Source: an uncultured delta proteobacterium (GTDB taxonomy: Bacteria; Desulfobacterota; Desulfobacteria; Desulfobacterales; B30-G6). From it: a stretch of DNA of 64,000 nt. The translations under genes were made by a program, and so were the position numbers. Below, in pieces: positions 39,437 to 48,232 of this stretch. Each line of letters begins with the position of its first letter. The stretch's first letter is position 1. The stretch lies in assembly GCA_963823335.1 (NCBI GenBank), contig CAWGLD010000004.1, forward strand, positions 1-64,000, given 5' to 3'. Below the pieces are notes generated by a model. That model was given only the letters and a program-made list of their open reading frames with translations. It ran no database searches and was not told where the DNA came from.

Positions 39437-39823
39437 ATGATTATCCATTTTTTAAAAAGACTTCTCACCCTTAGATTCCGTAAACGGCCGCGATTCAACG
39501 CACGGGACGGTGTGTATGTCATCATGGAAAACTCGGCCAGATCAAACCAGATCCACAACATCAGTATGGGAGGGCTGGCTTTTGATTATGAAGATACCGG
39601 TTATCTCATCGGACAAAGAGCCTATGAATTAAAAGTTATGAGTGACCAGAATCTAAAACTCGATCGCATACCCTTCAAGAGGGTTTCTGATTTTTCGGTG
39701 GGCGAAGTGTTGTATCCCTACCGGAAAATAAAGCGACAGTCTGTACAGTTTGGAGGATTGACGAGCTCCCAGAAAGTGCAACTCAAGCATTTCATCAAAA
39801 ACAACACCATCGGCAGGGCCTGA
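39437..39823 (+). CDS. Stand-alone PilZ-domain protein
   Basis: RKRPR, NISMGG, VQFGGLT..Q..L..FI. Confidence 0.85.
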   Translation: MIIHFLKRLLTLRFRKRPRFNARDGVYVIMENSARSNQIHNISMGGLAFDYEDTGYLIGQRAYELKVMSDQNLKLDRIPFKRVSDFSVGEVLYPYRKIKRQSVQFGGLTSSQKVQLKHFIKNNTIGRA

Positions 39824-39858
39824 ACACGACAGGGTGCCCTTAAATAATTGTATTTGTT

Positions 39859-39888
39859 AAGCAGGGCTGTTTGCGCTGCTTTTTTTTT
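39859..39888 (+). terminator. Probable intrinsic terminator
   Basis: AAGCAG.GC...GC.CTGCTT hairpin followed by a long T run. Confidence 0.55.
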
Positions 39889-39910
39889 GTAACGTTCCTC
39901 ATGGTCCTAC

Positions 39911-40111
39911 ATGGAAAATATCGTTAATATTATCAAAACTATCCCCATCCTGATAGCCGCCATCCTGCTCGGCAACTGGTTTCTGTCTGAACTCAAACGT
40001 GCCAATGCAACCGGCAAACCCTGGTACACGGCCTATATTTCGATACCGGGATTGTTGATACTGCTGGCCATACTCGTAACCCCCCTAGTCCTATGGCTGA
40101 TGTCACATTGA
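39911..40111 (+). CDS. Small two-TM membrane protein
   Basis: Two hydrophobic helices, KPWY..Y.SIPG; overlaps the helicase start. Confidence 0.65.
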   Translation: MENIVNIIKTIPILIAAILLGNWFLSELKRANATGKPWYTAYISIPGLLILLAILVTPLVLWLMSH

Positions 40112-41466
40112 AAATCGTGCTGTCCAAAGACCTGAAGCTTTCCGATCTTCCCAAAGCACTCAAGACAGAACTCATCGGCAAACTGACCATTCCCAATCCC
40201 AAATGGCTCGAAAACGCCAGAATGGGAAGATGGAACCGGAATGTTCCCAAACTGCTTCGCTTTTTCCACCGTTACAAAGAAACTCTTTGGATTCCCAGGG
40301 GATACCTGCGACAGTTAATTATGATGTGCCGGCATTACAATATTTCATACCAGATGGAGGATCTCAGACGAAACCTGCCATCAGCAAATTTTTCGTTTCA
40401 GGGTGAATTAAAACCTTTTCAGAAAAAGGCTGTCGACAAAATGCTCAGCAGAGATTTTGGGACGCTGAATTCACCTACAGGCAGCGGCAAGACCGTCATG
40501 GGTCTCTTTATGATCGCCCACAGACAGCAACCTGCACTGGTGGTCGTTCACACAAAAGATCTGGCCTATCAGTGGATTGAACAAATTATACGCTTTTTGG
40601 GAATCCCGGAATCGCAAATCGGAATGATTGGATCCGGAAAAAAACAGATTGGGGATGCGATTACCGTCGCACTCGTCCAGTCCCTTTATCGTTGTGCAGA
40701 TGTCGTATCAAAGAGGGTGGGGCACATCATCGTTGACGAGTGCCATCGGACTCCGAGCCGGACCTTCACGGACGCTGTGACCGAATTTGATGCGAGATAC
40801 ATGCTTGGCCTGTCAGCCACCCCTTTTCGCAGGGACAACCTTTCAAATTTGATATTCTGGCATCTGGGTGATGTGCACCATTCTGTGGACAAAGCCCATC
40901 TGATCGAGGAAGGGCATATTCTCGAAGCTGAAATTATCCTTCGTGAAACTGATTTCGAACCATACCACGACCCTGTGAACAGCTACAGCAAAATGCTGTT
41001 GGAATTGACCATGAACGATGAGCGAAACCATCTCATTGCATCGGACGTGGTCAAAGAGATTCAAAAGGGTGATGGCATCTGCCTCGTGCTTTCAGACAGA
41101 AAGAGACATTGTGAAACACTGCTGTCGCTTCTGCGGTATAAACATCGTGTGGAGGCCGATCTCTTGACGGGTGATCTGTCCAACGAGCAGCGGCAACACG
41201 TGCTTCAGCGGATCAAGGCCGGCCTGGTCCCGGTTGTAATTGCCACCGGCCAGTTGGTGGGGGAGGGGTTTGACTGCCCCAATCTGACAACTCTTTTCCT
41301 GGCCACACCGATCCGTTTCAGCGGGAGGGTCCTTCAATATCTTGGAAGGGTTCTCAGGCCAGCGACCGACAAAAGAAGCGCCAGGGTCTACGATTATGTC
41401 GACGTCAAAGTCGGTGTACTCCAGTCCGCCGCAAAGCATCGGCAAAAAGTCTATGCAGGCATGTGA
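40093..41466 (+). CDS. SF2 DEAD/DEAH-box helicase (ResIII/XPB-like)
   Basis: PTGSGKT, DECH, GLSATP, GEGFDCP, QYLGRVLR. Confidence 0.92.
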   Translation: MADVTLKIVLSKDLKLSDLPKALKTELIGKLTIPNPKWLENARMGRWNRNVPKLLRFFHRYKETLWIPRGYLRQLIMMCRHYNISYQMEDLRRNLPSANFSFQGELKPFQKKAVDKMLSRDFGTLNSPTGSGKTVMGLFMIAHRQQPALVVVHTKDLAYQWIEQIIRFLGIPESQIGMIGSGKKQIGDAITVALVQSLYRCADVVSKRVGHIIVDECHRTPSRTFTDAVTEFDARYMLGLSATPFRRDNLSNLIFWHLGDVHHSVDKAHLIEEGHILEAEIILRETDFEPYHDPVNSYSKMLLELTMNDERNHLIASDVVKEIQKGDGICLVLSDRKRHCETLLSLLRYKHRVEADLLTGDLSNEQRQHVLQRIKAGLVPVVIATGQLVGEGFDCPNLTTLFLATPIRFSGRVLQYLGRVLRPATDKRSARVYDYVDVKVGVLQSAAKHRQKVYAGM

Positions 41467-41476
41467 GTGGCAAATA

Positions 41477-41522
41477 AGGGTTAAAGGGTCCGAGGGTGAT
41501 ACAAGGGTTAGAGGGTGGCTGA
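41477..41522 (+). repeat. Family D G-rich octamer array, copy 3
   Basis: AGGGTTAAAGGGTCCGAGGGTGATACAAGGGTTAGAGGGTGGCTGA, 11 nt after the stop. Confidence 0.8.
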
Positions 41523-41533
41523 CGGCGATGAAC

Positions 41534-41787
41534 CTCCACCCGAGGATCGGGTGGGCTCAAGAAGCCCCCTCGAAGGGGGCTGGAATATCCAATATCGAAT
41601 ATCGAATACATGAATTTCGAAGTGATGCTTCCCGGTTTTTAGAATAAAGGAAGATAGAGCGCAGCGATACAACACTTCAATATTGAACATTCCTTGTTCG
41701 ACATTCGATATTTTCCTTTTTAATTTTCACCGTATCGGTAGAACCTTTCCGGGTTCTCCACCATGGTTGGAAGTTTTTAGATCAGAA
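41534..41787 (+). repeat. Family C composite repeat, copy 1 (GC hairpins plus inverted GAATATC heptamer arms)
   Basis: GCCCCCTCGAAGGGGGC; core AAGATAGAGCGCAGCGATAC; shared with 43784, 47104 and 42800(-). Confidence 0.85.
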
Positions 41788-41799
41788 CAAGCGGACAGC

Positions 41800-41835
41800 A
41801 GCATCCCAGCTTCCCAGCAGTCTAGCTTCCCAGCA
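41800..41835 (+). repeat. Octamer tandem array (GCTTCCCA-like) x4
   Basis: gcatccca gcttccca gcagtcta gcttccca gc; same unit as 56018-56060. Confidence 0.7.
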
Positions 41836-41844
41836 TAAAAAGGC

Positions 41845-42756
41845 TTAGTCGAGTCGGGTGATACCCTCGGTTTTTGCAGCAGTCAGGGCATCCATAAACT
41901 CGTTTCTGGACACGGCTCTTTGAAGCGCTTTGGCACCCATGGCACTTCCACAAGGCCGGTACTGTGACATGATGTTGACATAGGTGTTGGTGGATATTTC
42001 CCGGGCGATAAATCGCATGATTTCACGTGTACCAGCCTTTCCTTCGGGCAATACAAGATGGCGAACCAGCAAGCCCCTCCGAGCGTTACCCTGTTTGTCG
42101 AGAACCAGATCCCCAACCTGGCGGTACATCTCCCGTATAGCTTTCCTGGCGACTTCTGCATAGTCCGGCGCCTGACAGGTCATTTCAGCGATATCTGAAT
42201 CCCAGAACTTGAAATCCGGCATGTAGATGTCAAAGACACCGTCCAGCAGCCTCAGTGTTTCGACCCGGTCATACCCCCCTGAATTGTAAACCAGTGGTAT
42301 GGTCAGCCCCTGGTTACATGCCATTTCCACCGCGGACAATATCGACGGCACGACATGAGACGGTGTCACGAAGTTGATATTCCGGCAGCCTTCATTCTGC
42401 AGTGAGAGCATCATGGATGCCAGTTGCGCGTCGGTTACCTCATGGCCGAAGCCCTGGTGACTGATATCAAAATTCTGGCAGAAGTCGCACAGCAAGTTGC
42501 AATGAGTAAAGAATACGGTTCCGGAACCATGCAATCCAACAAGAGGTGTTTCTTCTCCAAAATGAGGGTGAAAACTGGAAACCCACGCCTTTTCGAATGT
42601 TTTGCAGACACCTGTTTTCCGGCGGTCTGTACGGTCCACATTACACTGGCGGGGACACAAACAGCAGGAGCGCAACCGGCGTCTGGCCTCCTTTACCCGC
42701 TGTCTGAGCTGGCCCGAGCGATGACTTCTCATATAGGCAGGTTCAAAATCGGTCAC
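41845..42756 (-). CDS. Radical SAM protein, PflX family
   Basis: CCLCPRQC, HFGEE.PL, GSGTVFF, CNLLCDFCQN, INFVTPSH, DIYMPDFKF, RHLVLP; likely GTG start at 42756. Confidence 0.9.
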   Translation of the reverse strand: MTDFEPAYMRSHRSGQLRQRVKEARRRLRSCCLCPRQCNVDRTDRRKTGVCKTFEKAWVSSFHPHFGEETPLVGLHGSGTVFFTHCNLLCDFCQNFDISHQGFGHEVTDAQLASMMLSLQNEGCRNINFVTPSHVVPSILSAVEMACNQGLTIPLVYNSGGYDRVETLRLLDGVFDIYMPDFKFWDSDIAEMTCQAPDYAEVARKAIREMYRQVGDLVLDKQGNARRGLLVRHLVLPEGKAGTREIMRFIAREISTNTYVNIMSQYRPCGSAMGAKALQRAVSRNEFMDALTAAKTEGITRLD

Positions 42757-42799
42757 AAACAAACCCCTTTGGATATACTGTCCGTACCGGCTTTCGTTC

Positions 42800-42905
42800 T
42801 TCTGACCTAAAACCACAACCTATGGTGGAGGATCGAAAAGGTTCAAGCGATCCGGTGTAAATTGAAAGATAACTATCGAATGTCGAACAAGAAATGTTCA
42901 ATTAT
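42800..42905 (-). repeat. Family C repeat, partial inverted copy
   Basis: Reverse complement ATTGAACATTTCTTGTTCGACATTCGATA...CACCGGATCG...CTCCACCAT...TTTTAGGTCAGAA aligns to 41681-41787. Confidence 0.8.
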
Positions 42906-42971
42906 GATTTTTCTTAAATATTCCATAGGCCACCCTACGGCGGACACGCTTTTGGATATTTTTTAAGGCTT

Positions 42972-43412
42972 CTACCTGGAGAACAGCGTCTTAAGATAAG
43001 AACTGTCTGACGCTTTTTCATAGACCATATCCTGCAGAATGCCCTGGGGGCTGAACCAAAAGATCAGCGTATCGTAGCGTGCCAACGCACCTGTTGCTGA
43101 AAATTCAACAGTTCCGCCTGTGGCCACATCGAGCACCGGAAGCCCCAGGGAAAGACCGCTCTCCTGAAACAGGGAGCGCCGGTAGACGAGCAGATCCGTG
43201 TTGTCGAGAGAATGGATCTCATCGGGTGCCCCCAGACTGATCAATACATCGCCGATGGTTGTCTTGTCTAAAGGGTAAGCATCACCCGGATCTTCGATCT
43301 CCAGGCCCTCAACCCTGCGTTCGTAACGGTAGGAAAGGCATCCCGTGAGACCCAGCAGAAGACTGCCGATCAAGACCGTCATTATGAAAGAATGATTAAA
43401 ACGGCAAGCCAT
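42972..43412 (-). CDS. Lipoprotein, BamE/SmpA-like
   Basis: Lipobox LTGC; TT..DV...LGAP...Y motif. Confidence 0.7.
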   Translation of the reverse strand: MACRFNHSFIMTVLIGSLLLGLTGCLSYRYERRVEGLEIEDPGDAYPLDKTTIGDVLISLGAPDEIHSLDNTDLLVYRRSLFQESGLSLGLPVLDVATGGTVEFSATGALARYDTLIFWFSPQGILQDMVYEKASDSSYLKTLFSR

Positions 43413-43776
43413 ATCCAGCCTTATCTGCATTCAAACTCGCACCATAGTGCGTCAAGAGATCGTTCTGGTCAAAGAAAAAAACAATCTGATCGACCTGGGT
43501 GTCGTAATTTGCAAAACTGAGGAGCACCAGCCATATCAGTGTCGCTTTGGCAACTGAGCGACGATAAATATATGCGTTCCCATTGGACAACTCCACCACA
43601 CGCGTGGGCGCGCCGAACAGTCCAGAGATATCTGCAGCCGTTGTTGTACCCGGCTCAATCGACTCGATAACATCGGGATCGAATGAATGGTAATCCTTAT
43701 TGGTGCCAAAGACAAAACACCCTGTACAAAGAAGTATGAATCCTATGGCCAATGGAAATAAGAATCTGTGGATCAT
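43396..43776 (-). CDS. Lipoprotein, BamE/SmpA-like
   Basis: Lipobox CTGC; IEPG.TT...I..LFGAP; FFD..D; GAGGAG RBS. Confidence 0.75.
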   Translation of the reverse strand: MIHRFLFPLAIGFILLCTGCFVFGTNKDYHSFDPDVIESIEPGTTTAADISGLFGAPTRVVELSNGNAYIYRRSVAKATLIWLVLLSFANYDTQVDQIVFFFDQNDLLTHYGASLNADKAGYGLPF

Positions 43777-43783
43777 GTGCTTA

Positions 43784-43942
43784 GTTCTCCTCAGCTTATG
43801 GAACAAAAGAAGATAGAGCGCAGCGATACAACACGTCAATATTCTACATTCCTTGTTCGATATTCATTATTCTCTTTTGTTTTCACCGGATCGGTAGAAC
43901 CTTTCCGGGTCCTCCACCGGAGGTGGAGCTTTTAGATCAGAA
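43784..43942 (+). repeat. Family C repeat, copy 2 (3' part)
   Basis: Near-identical to 47198-47307 and similar to 41650-41787. Confidence 0.85.
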
Positions 43943-44213
43943 ATAAAGTACCAGCCCCACCGATAAATGCAACCGAAATATGTTTACAATATATGGCAAA
44001 ATTGCCAAATCTGTGTTAATGCAGGACGAGACTATCAACTAAATCGTTACACAACTTTACCAAAGGCGACGTTCTCGCTTCTATGGGAGTCAAAGGAGAC
44101 GGCATGTCTCCGTAAGTTCAGGTTCGGAACCGCGTGCCAAGCACGCGGTTTGTAGAACAATAAATTCTTGATTAATTTATAACCAACGCAACATACTGTT
44201 CAAGGAGAAAAAA

Positions 44214-44606
44214 ATGAAAATTATGGTTTGCTTTGATGGTTCCAATTCATCCAAAGAGGCAGTTCGTCTGGCCACTGAGCATGCGCGGGCCTTTGGTGCA
44301 TCAATCGATATTGTCACATCGATGGTGAAAGGGACCGAGTCTGAAAGAGAAGATATCGGTAAGGCGGAGCTCGATCTTGAATATGAAAAAAACATCATCG
44401 TCAATGAAGGTGTTCCATGTGAATACCACCTGTTGATCCGGGGTCTTTCCGCTGGAGAAGATCTCCTTCGCTATGCTGAAGAACAGAAAATCGACGAGAT
44501 CATCATCGGCATCAAACGCCGCTCCAAGGTTGAAAAAATTGTATTTGGCTCGACGGCTCAATATATCATTCTAAAGGCGCTTTGCCCGGTAGTCACGGTT
44601 AAATAA
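44214..44606 (+). CDS. Universal stress protein
   Basis: MKIMVCFDGS, IIIG..RRS, FGSTAQ, CPVVTVK; AAGGAG RBS. Confidence 0.93.
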   Translation: MKIMVCFDGSNSSKEAVRLATEHARAFGASIDIVTSMVKGTESEREDIGKAELDLEYEKNIIVNEGVPCEYHLLIRGLSAGEDLLRYAEEQKIDEIIIGIKRRSKVEKIVFGSTAQYIILKALCPVVTVK

Positions 44607-44734
44607 CACCTAAGAGAAGCGACTGCCGATCTTACCGTATCTACGGCGTCAGATGCCATACCGCATAGTTCACTATAGCGGAACAACATCTTCCTTGTAA
44701 CTACGGCAACCTCGACAATCGCTCAATCTTGGTG
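44607..44734 (+). mobile_element. Family E MITE-like element
   Basis: Imperfect TIR CACCTAAGAGAAGCGACTGCCGA / TCGACAATCGCTCAATCTTGGTG; ACGGCAACCTCGACAATCGCTC is shared with 63857-63969(-). Confidence 0.65.
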
Positions 44735-44772
44735 ACAGTAAAATTGTTACACGATTTTATAGGGGATCACGA

Positions 44773-45654
44773 ATGAATGGAAATTTGTTTCTGAAACTGG
44801 TGAATGACAGAATCGTTTTCTTTGACGGTGCCATGGGAACCATGCTGATGGAAGCCGGCCTTCAACCCGGCGGTGTCCCGGAAATGTGGAATCTCGAGAA
44901 ACCCGAGCTTGTCATGGGTGTTTACCAGCAATATTACACTGCCGGTGCCGACGTTGTTCACACCAACACTTTTGGTGGGTCAGCACTCAAGCTCAGCATC
45001 AAGGGTCACGCCGATCAAATGGAAGCGATCAACCTGGCAGCGGTCCGACTTGCCAGACGCGTATGCCCGGAAAACGCCTTTGTGGCAGGTGACATCGGGC
45101 CAAGCGGAAAGATGCTAAAACCCATGGGGGAGGCGACATTCGAATCATTGGAAGATGCTTTCTTTTTCCAGGCCTCGGCACTCATCAAAGGTGGCGTTGA
45201 CATCATCAGCATCGAAACCATGTTTTCCCTTGATGAAGCGACCGCTGCACTCAAAGGCGCCAAACGCGCAGGTGATATCCCTGTCATTGCCGGTATTACC
45301 TACAACAGGACACCCAATGGTTTCTTCACCATGATGGGCGAAACCATTGAGCAATGTGCCACAAGACTGGCGGAGAATGGCGCGGATGCCGTGGCCTGCA
45401 ATTGTACACTCGGCAGCAGCGAGATCATTGAACTCACACGGGAACTGCGCAAAGCCACCACCAAGCCCATTTTGATTCAACCCAACGCCGGGAAACCAGT
45501 CCCAAAAGACGACATCATCATTTATGAACAGACACCATCGGAGTTTGCCGCTGATATAAAACGGATCATCGATGAAGGCGCTGACATGGTGGGAGGCTGT
45601 TGTGGTACCAATGCCGCATTTGTCAAAGAAATGGTCAGGACCCTCGGCAAATAA
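44773..45654 (+). CDS. Homocysteine S-methyltransferase family protein (stand-alone MetH N-terminal domain)
   Basis: DGAMGTML, TNTFG, GDIGP, IETM, NC, QPNAG, GGCCGT. Confidence 0.92.
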   Translation: MNGNLFLKLVNDRIVFFDGAMGTMLMEAGLQPGGVPEMWNLEKPELVMGVYQQYYTAGADVVHTNTFGGSALKLSIKGHADQMEAINLAAVRLARRVCPENAFVAGDIGPSGKMLKPMGEATFESLEDAFFFQASALIKGGVDIISIETMFSLDEATAALKGAKRAGDIPVIAGITYNRTPNGFFTMMGETIEQCATRLAENGADAVACNCTLGSSEIIELTRELRKATTKPILIQPNAGKPVPKDDIIIYEQTPSEFAADIKRIIDEGADMVGGCCGTNAAFVKEMVRTLGK

Positions 45655-45738
45655 ATTCGCTTTGCAAATTTATTAAATGCGACTTCGTCGCTTCTATCGA
45701 CGAAAGGTAGATAACGGATCCAAAAGGCCCGGCACTGA

Positions 45739-45905
45739 TTGAAGAACCTCGCAGCAAGCTACGAGGAATGTTCTGTCGTGCGACAGTGCTTCGCAGCGAC
45801 CGTAAGGAATTCTGTCTAATTTAGATTCGCTCGCTAACCCCGCAGCATGCGAAGCACTGCCGGACGGCAGAACCTACGGGGAATGCGCTCGCTGTTGCGG
45901 TTCAA
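45739..45905 (+). mobile_element. Family B element with an extra inverted segment in its second hairpin loop
   Basis: Near-identical to 32293-32435 except TGCGAAGCACTGCCGGACGGCAGAAC at about 45848-45873. Confidence 0.88.
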
Positions 45906-46057
45906 CACTACATTCGAATTTGGATCATTAGGTATTGTTCAGGACTTCGAATTTTGTGCTTCGGATTTAAGTATATAGCGATATCGGCACAGCCAAACAT
46001 CTCTGGCATGACCCAAAGAGCCAGGTTTTAAATGATAGAACAAAGGGAGGTAGAAAA

Positions 46058-47050
46058 ATGAAAAGAATGACATTTTTATGGACTGCCATCACAATCCTCG
46101 GTCTGGTCTTGCCGATGACTGTGTCCGCCGAAATGATTCGCATCGGGGAAGCACAGATTGTTTCGCACCCGGCCCTGGATAACGATTCCAAGGGTTTCAA
46201 AATCGCCCTGGAAGAAGAAGGCTTCATCGAGGGTCAGAACATCATTATCGATCGTCAGAATGCCCAGGGCGAACAACCGAATTGTGCCATCATTGCAAGG
46301 AAATTCGAAGATGACAGGGTTCACTTGATTCACGCCATCAGCACACCCAATGCCCAGGCTTCGGTGAAAGTATCAAAAACCATCCCGATCGTTTTTTCAT
46401 CTGTGACGGATCCTGTCGCCACCGGCATCGTACCAAAACTCGGTCCCACTGGGACCCATGTTACGGGCGTAAGCGACCGCTGGCCCATCGAGCTGCAGTG
46501 CAGAATGTACCAGGATCTGGTCCCTTACGCTAAACGGTGGGGAACCATCTACAACCCTGGTGACGTCAACGTGACGTTTCATATCCAGGAAATGAAATCC
46601 GCCGTCGAGAAAATGGGTGCAAAACTGGTGGAGGCCCATATATCCAACAGTTCAGAGGTATTGCAGGCCGCACAAAGTCTGGTGGGTCGTGTAGATGCCA
46701 TCCATATAACATCGGACAACACAGCAGTTTCGGCCTTCGAGTCCATTACCAAGGTTTGCAATGACAACAATATTCCTCTCTTTGCCGGTGACCGTGACAG
46801 CACAGCCAGAGGTGCCGTGGCAGCCTATGGGCTCGACTATTTCATGATCGGCTACACGGCCGGGAAAAAAGCTGCCCAAATACTCAAAGGTGAAGATCCC
46901 GCCCAGATACCTGCGGGTCTGGCCTCGGGGTACAGTTTGTGGGTCAGTCTGAAACACGCCCAGGAACAAGACCTGAAACTACCGCGCACATTGATCGAAA
47001 AAGCATCCGACAAACTCTGGGACGAGCAGGGACAGGTTATTAAACAATAG
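46058..47050 (+). CDS. ABC transporter substrate-binding protein (ABC_sub_bind / TrpX-like)
   Basis: Signal peptide, QIVSHPALD, NAQG, VTDPV, VTGVSD, DNT. Confidence 0.9.
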   Translation: MKRMTFLWTAITILGLVLPMTVSAEMIRIGEAQIVSHPALDNDSKGFKIALEEEGFIEGQNIIIDRQNAQGEQPNCAIIARKFEDDRVHLIHAISTPNAQASVKVSKTIPIVFSSVTDPVATGIVPKLGPTGTHVTGVSDRWPIELQCRMYQDLVPYAKRWGTIYNPGDVNVTFHIQEMKSAVEKMGAKLVEAHISNSSEVLQAAQSLVGRVDAIHITSDNTAVSAFESITKVCNDNNIPLFAGDRDSTARGAVAAYGLDYFMIGYTAGKKAAQILKGEDPAQIPAGLASGYSLWVSLKHAQEQDLKLPRTLIEKASDKLWDEQGQVIKQ

Positions 47051-47068
47051 GATGAGTGTTTCAAATTT

Positions 47069-47307
47069 TGGATCATCTCCAGAAGAGTTAATCCAAACTG
47101 AGTCTCCACCCGCGGAGCGGGCGGGCTCAGGATGCCCCCTCGAAGGGGGCTATAATATCCAATATCGACTATCGATTACATGAATTTCGAAGTGATGGTT
47201 CTCAGCTTATGGTACAAAAGAAGATAGAGCGCAGCGATACCACACGTCAATATTCTACATTCCTTGTTCGATATTCATTATTCTCTTTTATTTTCACCCG
47301 ATCGGTA
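47069..47307 (+). repeat. Composite repeat: family A left end (47069-47097) followed by family C copy 3 (47104-47307)
   Basis: TGGATCATCTCCAGAAGAGTTAATCCAAA, then CTCCACCCG...GCCCCCTCGAAGGGGGC...AAGATAGAGCGCAGCGATAC. Confidence 0.85.
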
Positions 47308-47329
47308 TTCGTAATTATTTGGTGGCAGG

Positions 47330-48232
47330 ATGTTTTTCGAAGGTATATTGAGAGTTGTGCCGGTTTCTCTTGAGTTGGGTCTCGCCTATGCGCTGGTTGC
47401 GTTGGGCATCGTCATCAGCTTTCGAATTCTTGCATTTCCGGACCTGACGGTAGACGGAAGTTTTGCATTGGGGGGCGCCGTTACCGCCCGTCTGATCATA
47501 GAGGGCGTCTCCCCCCTTTACAGTATTCTTGTTGCCGTTGTCTGTGGATTTGTTGCCGGCTGTTGTACGGGTTTTCTCAATACCCGTTTAAAAATCAACA
47601 GCCTCCTGGCCGGTATTCTGATGATGACCATGCTCTATTCCATCAATCTGCGCATCATGGGCCGGTCCAACATTCAATTATTGACAGTCGATACCATCCT
47701 GACCCCCCTTGAAAATCTGGATATCAATCGCTTTATCCCCATCATTCTCTTTTTTCTCTTTGTTACCATCGTGATGAAGATACTCCTGGATCTCTTTCTG
47801 CACACCCAGATTGGTTTCGCCATGCGGGCCACAGGTGACAACGAACAGATGATACGCACACTAGGCGTAAATACGGACCACATGACCATTCTCGGGTTGG
47901 GTATTTCCAACGCTTTCGTGGCATTGTCCGGCGCCCTGGTATCGCAGGATCAAGGCTTTGCAGATATCGGTATGGGGATCGGCATGATCGTATCCGTGCT
48001 GGCGGCCATCATTATCGGGGAGACCCTCATCAAGGCAAAATCCGTACAGCGCATGACACTGGCGGCCATTATCGGATCGATTATTTACAAGCTGATTATT
48101 TCCATCGGCTTACGGCTTGGCCTGGCCCCCACCGATTTGAAAATGGCCACTGGCATCATGGTCATTTTGGCTCTCGGTATACCTGCCCTGAAAAAAGGGA
48201 AGGAAGAAAAGATACATCTGAGAGGCATATGA
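47330..48232 (+). CDS. ABC transporter permease (BPD_transp_2)
   Basis: FPDLTVDGSF, YSINLRIMG, MRATGDN, GFADIGMG. Confidence 0.92.
   Translation: MFFEGILRVVPVSLELGLAYALVALGIVISFRILAFPDLTVDGSFALGGAVTARLIIEGVSPLYSILVAVVCGFVAGCCTGFLNTRLKINSLLAGILMMTMLYSINLRIMGRSNIQLLTVDTILTPLENLDINRFIPIILFFLFVTIVMKILLDLFLHTQIGFAMRATGDNEQMIRTLGVNTDHMTILGLGISNAFVALSGALVSQDQGFADIGMGIGMIVSVLAAIIIGETLIKAKSVQRMTLAAIIGSIIYKLIISIGLRLGLAPTDLKMATGIMVILALGIPALKKGKEEKIHLRGI

Noticed and set aside
28769-39900. CRISPR array or integron cassette array
   Set aside because: The repeats are irregularly spaced, of several families and both orientations. There is no constant repeat-spacer period, no cas or intI gene, and no consistent attC ends.
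42757-42816. Longer start for pflX
   Set aside because: The extension begins inside a family C repeat; GTG 42756 has a purine-rich RBS.
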